Notes under the pieces: generated by a model | Databases searched by the model: none | Told to the model about the DNA's origin: nothing | Seen by the model: only the letters and a program-made list of their open reading frames with translations | Origin: Styela clava | Taxonomy: Eukaryota | Assembly (NCBI RefSeq): GCF_964204865.1 | Contig: NC_135250.1 | Span: 27,714,001-27,778,000 of the forward strand | Direction: 5' to 3' | DNA length: 64,000 nucleotides | Program-made: the position numbers and the translations under genes | Shown: one piece after another, positions 1 through 11,366 of the stretch | How positions within the stretch are numbered: position 1 is the first letter of the stretch | How the letters are laid out: the number at the start of each line of letters is the position of its first letter

Positions 1-1380
1 ACAATAAATTGCTCCTCCAATTAATTTTTTCATTGAGTTTCTGGGGATTATTGAACATTGTGTGATAGTCTTATGGTCCGTATTATTGATTTGAAAACCC
101 CAAAGTGGCTTACAAAGTAAATCCCATAGTTTATTAACGATATGCGGAGGCCACACAAATAGCGATGTCATATGCGATTCATATTCCTAATTATTGTAAA
201 CCAAGGTCATGATTATTACAAAGATGACCAAAGAAAACAACAATCTGTTATTTACTGGAGTCAAATTGCCTTAAAGTCAAATTGCCTTAAATAAAAGCAT
301 GAAGATGCCAGTAATGCAACAAATTCTACCAGACGATTATTTTACTGTAGTGGAAAAAATTCATAATGCCTTGATAAAAGTATGAAGGTATATACGACAA
401 TAAAAGTGAATGATAAACAATAACTGGGATGGATTTTCACACATAAAATAAGCAATTATAACTGCAGATAGCAATGGTACCTATATAATGTCACAGTACA
501 TATATAAATTAGAAAAATATTATTCAATAAAGGCACCAATTTGCTAGTACAAATACCTTACAGAATGCAAAAAATAGCACCGTCTCAAAAATACAGAAAT
601 TGAAAATGACAAATTGCCAGCACTCAGGAAATACAATAAACATTGGAAAAAATAACAAATAAATTGATATTAATAATAGTTTAATTATTAATAATAATTT
701 TATTTAACTTAAGATACCTTACATTGTTGGTATATCATACACATGGGCAAATACTCTGAATTGGTTAATAATATTATTTATAACAATTAAATCCTGACAT
801 AATTTAACTTCAACTAAATTTCTTAAACATTGCTAATTATAGTAGGTACACATACAACAAACTTCAAAATAATTCATGCCACAAAATATTTGAGAGCAAT
901 GAAAGTATTTTTAAAAATTTAAAATTATGAATTGCCTAATCAAAATATAATATGAAGGTATTCGAAAAGACAAAAAATAACAGTTATAGAAACATATCAA
1001 TTCATGAAGAGCATTCATGATGATATGATGAATACCAGAATTTGGTTCTAGATATTTTTATGAAATTTACACAACCAATGCACAATGGGTTACATTCAAT
1101 AACAAATCAATAAACTGTTTCCTTTCCCAACATCTTGGAATTTCTTATCAGATAAATGACATTCCAGGAATCAGACAATAAAATGTCTGCATTCTGCAAT
1201 GCTTCAACCACAATAGGGATGTTATCTGACTTGAATAGACAGTAGCAATGACATCAGACATTACACAGGAAATCAATCTTATGTTATACAGACAAAAACA
1301 CTTCAGTAAAAGATTAGCAGAAGATTAAAAGTGAGCTGAATGGTCACAGATTCTCCTGGTTTAATTTGTAATAGCTATAA

Positions 1381-2030
1381 GAGTCCATATTTTTTCATGC
1401 TTAATTGAACCAACTAGTGTCTACAGAAAATGATGGCCAACAAATTTAATAAAAAATGAAATCAATAAATTTTATGTAATTAAGGCAATGCCCACCACAT
1501 CACTAAGGGTATAATTACGGTAATACATGTTTAGGCAATGCCAAAACTGAGAATGTTTTTCCGCTTTCAAAAATAGTTGCTCGTTGCATATCTGCGCTGT
1601 TTGTGATTTGGAATAGCTACGAGAGTCCATGTTTTTCATGCTTAATTGAACCAACTAGGGTCTACAGAAATTGATGGCCAGAGATGAAATCTGTGAATTT
1701 TATGGAATTAGGACAATGCCCACCTCCTCACTAAGGATATACAGAGTGCCCCTAAAGTCTCGTAACAATTTTAATTTTGTTATGAAGTCAGTTCTCAATA
1801 TATCTTTAATAACCGGGTTTGTTGTTTTTTAATCAGTGATTGTTCAAGAATTTTTACTTCATTTAATACATCTGTGAGGGCCAATACAATATATGGTATC
1901 GATAAATTTCCTTTGCAATTTTGAAAAAAAAGACTTCATGGACGCCCTATAATACATGTTTAGGTAATGCTGAACAGGAAAGATTCTTGCTCCTTCAAAA
2001 ATATGCCTGTTGCATATCAGTGCTGCTTAT
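1381..2030 (+). repeat. Local tandem duplication of ~240 bp; second copy interrupted by a MITE
   Basis: gagtccat..ttcatgcttaattgaaccaactag..ctacagaaa..gatggcca begins at 1381 and again at 1623. Homology resumes after 1951 (aatacatgtttagg). Confidence 0.7.
1742..1949. mobile_element. Tc1/mariner-type MITE
   Basis: TA-flanked; left end CAGAGTGCCCCTAAAGTC versus reverse-complement right end TAGGGCGTCCATGAAGTC. Absent from the first copy of the tandem duplication. Confidence 0.55.
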
Positions 2031-2482
2031 ATACAGCATAAACTAAATAATAATTCCCTATTAACCAAGAGATGAGTATTATGTCAAATAATCTATCAAA
2101 TTAGTAGAGCGATAATTGTAAGACTTCAACATGACTGATATTTTGAAATACAGTATTGATAACACCCCAAACTCAACCACATGAATTTAAAAATCAGCAA
2201 AAATAAAAGAAACTATCCAAGTTCGAGGACTTTTATGAGTAAGCTGCCTACTTTTCTATCCCAAGTAAATATGGAACAATCTAACACACAACTCAAAGGC
2301 ATAAAACTGAAAAAAAAGCTGTGTTGAGAAAATGGAGAAAAAGCATATTTTGAATTATTAAATTTCTGCGACATTTTATTGAAATACTGTGGCGAATATA
2401 GCTCCAAATTAAAGTTAGGACCAGCTTAGGGCACTTATTTTATTTGTAATATTTTCAAGTAATTATTTACAGCATGAATTTC

Positions 2483-2691
2483 GGTACTGCAGAAGTGTGT
2501 GTACAAGTATGGAGGTAACTAATTTTGTTCGCCGACTTTACATCAAGTTGTGTAAAGGGACTGAAACCTATGGGCAGGGAGTATATTCACTTGGCTATCA
2601 CAGATAGTCCCAGAACTTGCGTAAATAGAACCCTAAATTGGAATAAAATTTTGGCTTAACCCTAACCTGGTACACACACTACGGGCGTACC
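2483..2691 (+). repeat. Interspersed ~200-bp repeat family R1 (unclassified non-autonomous element)
   Basis: Core gtgtgtac..atggaggtaact..ttacatcaagttgtgtaaagggactgaaacctatgggcag..attcacttggcta..taaccctaacctggtacac. Other copies at about 3010-3220(+), 16185-16290(-), 19161-19365(-, in intron 2 of copy A), 34185-34343(+), 37260-37425 and 57735-57965. Confidence 0.75.
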
Positions 2692-5600
2692 TGAATTTCA
2701 GCATTTACCAGTTTATCTTGAAAAGTATTCATTATTCAGGGCGATACATCAATCTATTTCCAATTACAACCTAACTACTATAATGGGACCTCTAACAACA
2801 GCCTAAACCACTTATTATTATAGATTAGACACACCTTAGTACAACAAGGTATTACAATGTCTAGTGTGTTTTGAAAATTCTCCGAATTCCTTACCGCAGG
2901 TCAACCATAAATATTGTAAACAGTTCAATTCAAATCAAAAATAGCTGGCAAATTTGCCTCAAAATAATTAAACCGCGAGGTTGGGATTTGATAGAATATT
3001 AAGGATAGTGCACTTCGGAAGTGTGTGTACCAATATGAATGGAGGTAACTGATTTTGTTCGCCTACTTTACAACAAGTTGTGTGACTAAAACTTATGGGC
3101 AGGGGGAATATTCACTTGGCTAACACAGACAGTCCCTGAACTCCTAATATAACTGAAATAAGGAAAATCGGAATAAAATTATGGCCCAACTCTAACATGA
3201 CTCACATACTACGCAAGTACCAAGGATAGGACTACAACTAATATTTAGATTTGACTTGTCTTATTTGGTGTTCATACTGGCCTGTTATCTGATATAATTT
3301 TATTTTGAATATTCCAATGTCTAACAGACTCACAGAAAATGGATGTGGTAAAAATTTCAAGACGAATGTGTTGAGAAGGAATGCAACTAATATCCACTTT
3401 TGATTAGTTTTATTGGTCAGAGAGCTATATATCCAATATAATGTCTGAAAGGCTCATGCTGAATGCATGTCATTTCTTTTTCGGGATACCTTATTATGTT
3501 TGTTTGAGGAAGTCTAACTTTGGTCAAATGTAACGTTACAGAAATATATTTGTGTTAGTGTTCTGCAAGACTCTTATTAAATCCTTCAAAATAGCAAATT
3601 TTGGTTTTTGAAATAATATATAAATATTGTTGTGGTGTAAGTTTAAAAGTATAGTTCTTGGCATGGAACAAATCAGTTTCTGTAGTATAGTTTTATTCTT
3701 AATCTCCAAACTGCAAAAATCCTCTAATTTAGATTTTAATCAATTGATAATTTTACAAACATGGAATGAGCATCGCTTATTAACCATCTTTGCCACACAA
3801 CAATAGGTCAAATGGCAATTCCTAAGAGTTTTCTAACGTTCCTTGGGGAGAGAAGATTTCATGGTGCAAACTGTGAATATGAGAGCTTTAAAGGTCTGCC
3901 CATGGAGACCATATGTTATTAGATTACAGTGCCAGATATCTCACAAAAACCAGGTCAAATCAGTTCAAATATTTGCAGTCACACCTTTAAATCTAACACA
4001 TTTACCTTAGAAATCAAAATCCAAAGCTTTGGGAATTTTCTGGTATTAAAGTGATTTCAATCAAATCCAAATCGAGAACTGTTTCGCACAAATATATTAC
4101 ATTCAACAGAAGGCATTTAAACTATTCCAAATACTTGACAAATTATTCTAAAATTGTTTTTTTTGAGTTGATATTAGCACATTATTTTAATTTTTTCATA
4201 GGCTTATCATGCCATTTGCTCCAAACAAGGCCATGTACGATATCTGACATCTACCGAATATGTGGAGAGCTACTATTTATTGAAAGGATCCAAAGCTATT
4301 TGGTTCGGCATTACTTCAATTTTTGACAAAAGTTGGCCAAGCCCAATTTATTTTCTGACCAATCGACCATTATGATTACGCAATATTTATAAACTATCCA
4401 AACCCCTCAAGGCATAATTTCATAAAGGTCATTGGAGTATTAAGCTTGTAAAACTATTTTAAAAATAAAAGTCACATAAATTTGTTGGACATGTAGAATA
4501 TTCAAGTGAGGTTGGATTTGTTGGGACACTCTGTGTTTAATGTCAAAATTATTATTTTGGAATGTATTCAAAACAGTAAAATGTTCAGTTTTGAACATCC
4601 ATGCTACTACATAAAGTCAAATTTAATGATAATATACTTAAATAAAATTCGACTAAATGTTATTTTCTCATATCCATGACTTACATCAGATAGGGGAGAT
4701 TTATCAAAATTAGAATGTCATCCGACACCAATCTATAAAGAAACATTAGCAGTTTAAACCTCAAATATGTAAAGCATTGCCGGTACTTAATCTTGCAAGA
4801 AGCCTTTCAAGCAAACAAAACCTAATGAAGCTCATCATTCAAAATCCTTAAAATCAAAGCCTAGCGAATATCGTGGTTGAATCACAATGCAATTCATCAT
4901 AAGCAATTGCGAGTCGATTTTGGGTTCAGCTCATTTATAGAGCAGTTATTTTACGCCCATAAAAAGCTCTGAAACTCTTTAATAATATTTGTATATTTAA
5001 TATTGAAATTTAAATAAATCTTGTCGAAACTGAGCTTTAAAATGACGGAAAGAAATAGGCCTATCCGAAATACTTATTAAGAAATTGAAATAAATTTAGA
5101 TTGTTGAAATATTTAGATTAAAATAGATTCAAATGGGAATTTAAAATTTTAATTTGTGAAAATTATTATTTTAGTGGGGAAATGCATGAATTTTGAATAG
5201 GGCAGTTATATCAATTTGTAAAATCATATGGAGTAAATTTTATGATCTTATGCTTCGAAAGTAATCTAACATCGAAATTCTACAATAGAGTATAGTATTA
5301 CCATAATTTAATATGTCACTACAATGTAACAGAACTTATTTACATAAGCAATGTATATCACCACCACACCATATGCTATCAAAATAGAATTCAGACATAT
5401 AGGCTGCCTCTCCTTAACCACAATTGCCAATACCAAGAGAGTTTGAATTTATAAAAACTGATAAGAAACTGATGCCATATGTTGCTTCTAAGAAATTGTA
5501 AGAGATGACATGATACAAAACCTTCGAAAGCAGGCTAAATTTTAATAACATAGAAATTGTTTAAAAACCAATAAAATCAGGGATAAAATTATCAAATTAG

Positions 5601-7501
5601 TAAACCAGGCCTCGAAAAAGCTTACATGTAGAATGTACCAATGTAAATTTTAAATGATTTTTTTTTTATAAATACAAAGACCTTAGTAAGCCCATACTCA
5701 TCAAAAATGAAACCAGAAATATCAGGCTCATAGAAATGCTAGCTGAATTGAATAATGAAATACATTTAAAATAGTTGAATTCACTGTAAGTACTTGATTT
5801 TGAACAATAGTGCATCTCACAGCCAGATAAAACTTGACTTGGAATTTACAAAATAATGAACTATCCAAACATAGCCTACTATGTCCTTTACTATGCAATG
5901 AGTTGTGAAAATTACTCAGGTATTAAACTTAATCTAAAATAAAACATTAACATATTTCAGACTCAAAAAGACTCTTGGAATGTTCTAAATTAGATTATGT
6001 TCAACTTCTTCTCATATATCAATATTGCAAATACCAGTACATTTCTTGTCTTCACTTTTAAACAGTTATATATATAGCGGATTAGCTTGGCCTGAATTGA
6101 GTAAATTGACAGATTCTTATAGTATAGCCACCAAGTTCGGGGTACGGTGGTGTGCTTAGGTTCAAAATAATTTGATTTTAAATTAAAATGCCCATAAGAA
6201 AAAATCACAACATTGGAAAGTGCTTACCGTATGTGAAGTACCAGTATCTAAATGAATATCAAAAGCTTGCAACGAAAATAATAAACAAATAACTTGAAAT
6301 ATACCTATAATATGATTTCATTATATCTCATATAATTATGGTAAAAAATCATGGTATTATGTATGACTCAGTGGGAAGCCTATAGTAATGAGATGAACTC
6401 AAATTCCTTCCGGGAAGAAAATGTATCTAATGTATCGTACAAAGAAAATTACAAAGCTCATGACAAATAGAAAGATCTTTTCATTCCAATAGTGTTAATA
6501 AAATGGACTGAATGTGAAATATTTCCAGTATTGGATGAGTCACCTATTTACAGTTTGAACAACTGTTTTAAAATTTCATGAAGTCTTATTTGCGGCGATG
6601 GTCTAGCGCTGAAACGACAACTGCGATGATCTAATGCAATTTAATAAATAAATAATGTGTTTGACAATTCTAAGGGTTGGGTTTCTTTGTCCGTTGGATT
6701 GTTGTAATTTAGATTGATTTCACAAGGCCCAATGAATGAGATGCTGAAAGAGAACTATATTGCTGCAGTAAAATCAAAACAGCTTGTCACATTTTTCCGA
6801 AATTAGAACCAAAGTATTAAAAAAGTGCTATTTTATTAAAATGTTGAAATGTAACATACGTAAGCTGATTTAGTTGTATTGATATTGAATGAACCATAAA
6901 AGGAATTGAATTAATTTTAATACCTATTTGTAGACATGATGTGACTCTAAAAAATGTTATTTCATTGCTTTCCTCAACTAGGGAGAATATAGACACGACA
7001 GAAAAAAACCATGCACCGAATGTAAATTGACAAAAATATTCTTGATAAATCATTCAATTATGTTTGAAATAAAAAATATAAAACTGAAATGAAGGTTTTA
7101 AATTAGCACCACATGTTCCATAAAAATAAGACAAGTGATAGGTGCTAGACTTGTTGCGCAACGGTTTTGAGAATGGCACATATTTGACCTTGATTTACGG
7201 TAAGTCAAGTATAGGTATGCTACCAAGGGAAACGTACTCACATGACAGCTGTGAAGTCGGGGTTATACATTCAAATTAAATGACAAGTCGAAATTTCCCG
7301 GAGTTGGATATTTAGAAAGCATCAAGTTTACTAAGATGTCTCAATGCAAGTCTATTACGGTAATTGAAGTACCTTGCATATGCGATAGTTTGATATCAAA
7401 ATTTGATTTTTTGAGCCGAAGTTGGAGTCAAGATTTTACAATCGCGAGTCCACAGCACTGATTTATACATAAAAAGTTTTAATTGCCACAATGATTTTTG
7501 C

Positions 7502-9913
7502 TCACCTTACAGAACACTGACTGAGTAAAATTCTAAATTGATGTGCTGATGCAGAAATGTCTGTGACTCTGTCAATCATTTCCTGCACTGCATTTACAGA
7601 AGGCCATTGCTGGGCTGCATTTTTAGTTGCCGCAACAGTTCGTTTTAATGAAGTACATATTTCTGTGCAATGTCCTTTAACTATATCTTGCATTTGTTGA
7701 TGGTGTAACCGTCGATATAAAGTATCTCCAAAAAAGACAAGTTCGTGGGCGCAAAGAATAACTTGCTTGCTAAGTGCGACAAATGTTTTCGGCGGGTCGT
7801 TATTATCCAAACACGAGTAAAATCCTTTTATTGCTGATACAAGGCTTTCAACAAGAATTGGTAAATCTTCAACCATGTCTTGGAGAGTAAATTGGTCATT
7901 AGTTATTGAGTTATTCTCGTTTGTTTTACCGTTGATAATCTTGGGGACGCCATGTTGTTTATTACTCATTTCCAAAACTTGTAACACTTCGATATGTCGC
8001 GTTTTCACCTTTATTGAAACCTCGTTGATCACGCTTGAATTGCTGTTATTGAATGTACCATCTTGTATGGCTTGACCCTGGTCGTCCAATGCAACATAAT
8101 CATAATCCTCAAGCCAGGAGTCTTCATCTGGTCTTGTGATAATAGTAGTGGGAGACCGTAGCTTTTGGGGAGGTAGATCTGGTAAAGGCCTTGTTTGAAT
8201 AATCTGTTGTGCTTTGTAATTCTCAAAAGCAGTTGGAGGCCGTGTCTCCACTTTCTTGAAAAGGTATTGCGAGTGTGTGTGAATGAACGCAGCTATCTGG
8301 CGAGCATCGTCTGACACAGCACGGGATGTCATAACGAAGCTATCAATCTCATCAGGGACCCCGAAGTCTGGATCATTTGATACTACTTTACCAAGACTCC
8401 AATATGCTTGATCTAATGCAGTAAACGCTTGCTGTAACATTAAATTATCTTCTTCCAGAGGTTGCAAAAGTTTATGCATCCCTGTTATAAGAGCTCGGGG
8501 TAAAGTTACAGATAGACCTCGCTGCTGGGCTGCATTAGCATTAGCCATTGCTCCTCTTGCGAATTCAACATATTGCCCAACTGCTGATAGAACGACCTCG
8601 AAAACTCCTTTTATCACACCAATTTTGCCAGAAATGTTTTCTTTTAACCTCCAGCCTTCATAGACGTGGGTTAACAGCACCGAAACACTGTCTTCCAGAG
8701 ACTGTTTCAATTTTATAAGTTGGTCAATGGCTGATGATAACTCCAGATTCAACTCCGTATAGTTGGCGTTCGCTGCAATAATACTAGAAAGAGAATCACT
8801 TGATGAAGTTGATTTACGATCATTTTTATATTCCGCTGAACCGACAAGAGATAGACGTTTGATGACGAGATCTAGTGACTCGTTTTCAGTCTGTTGTGAA
8901 GTTGATAACGGTTCTCGTGTGATTCGTGGCGGCACATCGTAAACATAGTCTTCAGATTCTTGTTTCAACAAGCTACGATTTCCAGGATGAAATTTTGAGT
9001 TTGTGCTAACGCTGCTCAAATTCAAACTCCCATCTGTGACATCACCAGCTGAACGATTAGATGATGGGACATCGTAAATTAAATCCGGTGAATCAAGACG
9101 ATCGGAGCTAACCACTTTCGATGAAGGAGTTGAAGCTTGATACATTGGAATCAAACCGCTATCGACCGTATCTTGGCCAAACGGACGTGACGGAGGAATA
9201 TCATATTCTTCTTCGTCTTCCTCTTGTTGTACGAGCATTGCACTGACATCTAGTGGTTCAGGCCCTGACATTTTATTAGACACGGGTACGTCGTATACTT
9301 CCTCGGGCTCTAAAGACCGATTTGGTGGCACATCATAAATTTCCGATGGATCATACTCACTGGTTATGTTGCTTATATTCGCAGGAGCGATTAGATTAGA
9401 AGGAACATCATAGACTTCTTGTTCAATTGTAACCGTCCGATGTTGAGGTGAAGACGTTAGTAAATTTTCATTGCTCAATTGAATGTTTGATGTATGCAAT
9501 GTAGCATGAACTGGTGGGACATCATATACCTCATCAGGGTCAAGATCGAGTTCCGGTCGTGACCCGAAATGCCTCGAAACCGGGACATCATAAACATCAT
9601 TAGGGTCATTATTATTGTTATTCTGATTATAATACTGGTGAGTTGGGATATCGTATTCTTCATCTTCCACATTTATCAAAGGTTTTTCCAAAACAGTTTG
9701 TTGCGAAATACCTTGCATTAAGGGCATCAAGCGTAAGCGATTCCCCGGTGCAATGCCTTTCCGGCCATTCAAAGAACAAAGCCACCATCCATCAATTCCT
9801 GCAGTATTTTGCTCGATAACTGTAACAATATCTCCGCGATGGAAATTAAGTTCATCCTCTGTCTCTGCCAAATTATCATACAATGCTTTTGCAAGAATGT
9901 TGCCAGCAGTCAT
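7502..9913 (-). CDS. BCAR1: Cas-family scaffold (BCAR1/p130Cas/NEDD9-like), 803 aa, single coding exon
   Basis: N-terminal SH3 (AKALYDNLAETEDELNFHRGDI...GWWLCSL.GRKGIAPGNRL), nine YD[VI]P substrate-domain motifs, helical-bundle region, RPLPDLPP and EDYDYV Src-binding motifs, C-terminal FAT/CCH-like region (PPKTFVALSKQVILCAHELVFFGDTL). First ATG is at 9913; the ORF-track start at 9925 is a TTG. Orthology is to the Cas family as a whole. Confidence 0.93.
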   Translation of the reverse strand: MTAGNILAKALYDNLAETEDELNFHRGDIVTVIEQNTAGIDGWWLCSLNGRKGIAPGNRLRLMPLMQGISQQTVLEKPLINVEDEEYDIPTHQYYNQNNNNNDPNDVYDVPVSRHFGSRPELDLDPDEVYDVPPVHATLHTSNIQLSNENLLTSSPQHRTVTIEQEVYDVPSNLIAPANISNITSEYDPSEIYDVPPNRSLEPEEVYDVPVSNKMSGPEPLDVSAMLVQQEEDEEEYDIPPSRPFGQDTVDSGLIPMYQASTPSSKVVSSDRLDSPDLIYDVPSSNRSAGDVTDGSLNLSSVSTNSKFHPGNRSLLKQESEDYVYDVPPRITREPLSTSQQTENESLDLVIKRLSLVGSAEYKNDRKSTSSSDSLSSIIAANANYTELNLELSSAIDQLIKLKQSLEDSVSVLLTHVYEGWRLKENISGKIGVIKGVFEVVLSAVGQYVEFARGAMANANAAQQRGLSVTLPRALITGMHKLLQPLEEDNLMLQQAFTALDQAYWSLGKVVSNDPDFGVPDEIDSFVMTSRAVSDDARQIAAFIHTHSQYLFKKVETRPPTAFENYKAQQIIQTRPLPDLPPQKLRSPTTIITRPDEDSWLEDYDYVALDDQGQAIQDGTFNNSNSSVINEVSIKVKTRHIEVLQVLEMSNKQHGVPKIINGKTNENNSITNDQFTLQDMVEDLPILVESLVSAIKGFYSCLDNNDPPKTFVALSKQVILCAHELVFFGDTLYRRLHHQQMQDIVKGHCTEICTSLKRTVAATKNAAQQWPSVNAVQEMIDRVTDISASAHQFRILLSQCSVR

Positions 9914-10279
9914 TTTGCAATTCAAATTTTAAAATGGATAGGATATTAAAACCTATATAATTTACATTTTAGCCAAACTATACAGAAAAAATAAGTTTTG
10001 AATCAAGTGTAAACATTTTTTTCTTAGTCCTGTAGACAGGAGTCAAAAATACGGTAACGAAGAGGACAATGAAACACAGCGGTTTTTATTGGTCTATGTT
10101 CAGTTTAAAATATGTTTGCCATCCGTAATTTTGAACTAGAATTTAGCATAGACAGTAAGCCACAGTTCTCTGATTCCAAGATGTCCCGGCATTTAGTTTA
10201 CTAAAACAATCACGGAGAAACAATCATCTCAGGAGATACCGTACCGGTACATGACTTGTGTCGTACCAGTAACATAAGG

Positions 10280-11366
10280 GGGTGGAGGCTAACTCGCCAT
10301 GAGGGCTAACTCGCCATGGACCACTCGCCATGCGACGGCGGTTAACGGGTTAGCCTGCAACTGTGTGGAGGCTCTTCTTGTAATGGGAGATGGAAAGGTG
10401 GCTGTTTATACTAACAACTTCAATAGTAAGGATAAATATATTAAATTAAATGTGTTTGGTTACAATACCTACTGTGCAAATGGTAACAAAGTGACAAGAA
10501 AACGTGCTTATATGTCGGAAGGCATACCGGTACCGTACGGTACTCGACGCGCAAAGGATGTCTCAACTTATCATTTTCATCTAAGCATGCTAAATATATC
10601 ATCATATTAATTGATTGTATGAGCTCTGAATAACCAACAACGCTAAATATATCAAAAGTTCTATTTTGCTACCGGCAGTCTCATTTTATTCTAACAGCCG
10701 TTGATTGCGAGCAGAGAGGGAGAGAGAGAGCTAACTCGCCATGTCTATTTTCTTTATAATTGACGATCGACATCGCGAGTTCGAGAGAGAGAGAGGGCTA
10801 ACTCGCCATGTCTTTATTCTTTATAATTGACGATCGACATCGCGAGTTCGAGAGGGCTAACTCGCCATGTCTTTATTCTTTATAATTGACCATCGACATC
10901 GCCATTTCGAGAGAGAGAGAGAGAGCTAACTCGCCATGTCTTTATTCTTTATAATTGACGATCGACATCGCGAGTTCGAGAGAGAGGGCTAACTCGCCAT
11001 GTCTTTATTCTTTATAATTGACCATCGACATCGCCATTTCGAGAGAGAGAGAGAGAGGGCTAACTCGCCATGTCTTTATTCTTTATAATTGACGATCGAC
11101 ATCGCGAGTTCGAGAGAGGGCTAACTCGCCATGTCTTTATTCTTTATAATTGACCATTGTTACCATTTGCACAGTAGGTATTGTAACCAAACACATTTAA
11201 TTTAATATATTTATCCTTACTATTGAAGTTGTTAGTATAAACAGCCACCTTTCCATCTCCCATTACAAGAAGAGCCTCCGCACAGTTGCAGGCTAACCCG
11301 TTAACCGCCGTCGCATGGCGAGTGGTCCATGGCGAGTTAGCCCTCATGGCGAGTTAGCCGTCAGCC
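10280..11366. mobile_element. Non-autonomous DNA transposon with ~210-bp TIRs (MULE/Foldback- or Merlin-like) and 8-bp TSD
   Basis: 10280 to ~10490 is a near-perfect inverted repeat of ~11156 to 11366, which explains the twin ORFs 10299+ and 11144-. Both ends start with GG. TSD ACATAAGG at 10272-10279 and 11367-11374. Confidence 0.85.
10715..11155 (+). repeat. Internal tandem array of 7 units of ~58-70 bp
   Basis: Unit (GA)n-GGCTAACTCGCCATGTCTTTATTCTTTATAATTGAC[G/C]ATCGACATCGC[GAG/CAT]TTC. The length variation comes from the (GA)n tract. Confidence 0.9.

Noticed and set aside
1-7400. Short ORFs downstream of the Cas gene
   Set aside because: Their composition is AT-rich and random-like with no consistent exon chain. 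I treat this region as 3' UTR, intergenic or intronic DNA.
10715-11155. Repeat-spacer-like array resembling CRISPR
   Set aside because: The context is eukaryotic, the intervening sequences are near-identical rather than unique spacers, there are no cas genes, and the array lies inside a TIR transposon.
10299-11347. Twin ORFs MRANSPWTT... on opposite strands
   Set aside because: They are by-products of the terminal inverted repeats and show no protein features.
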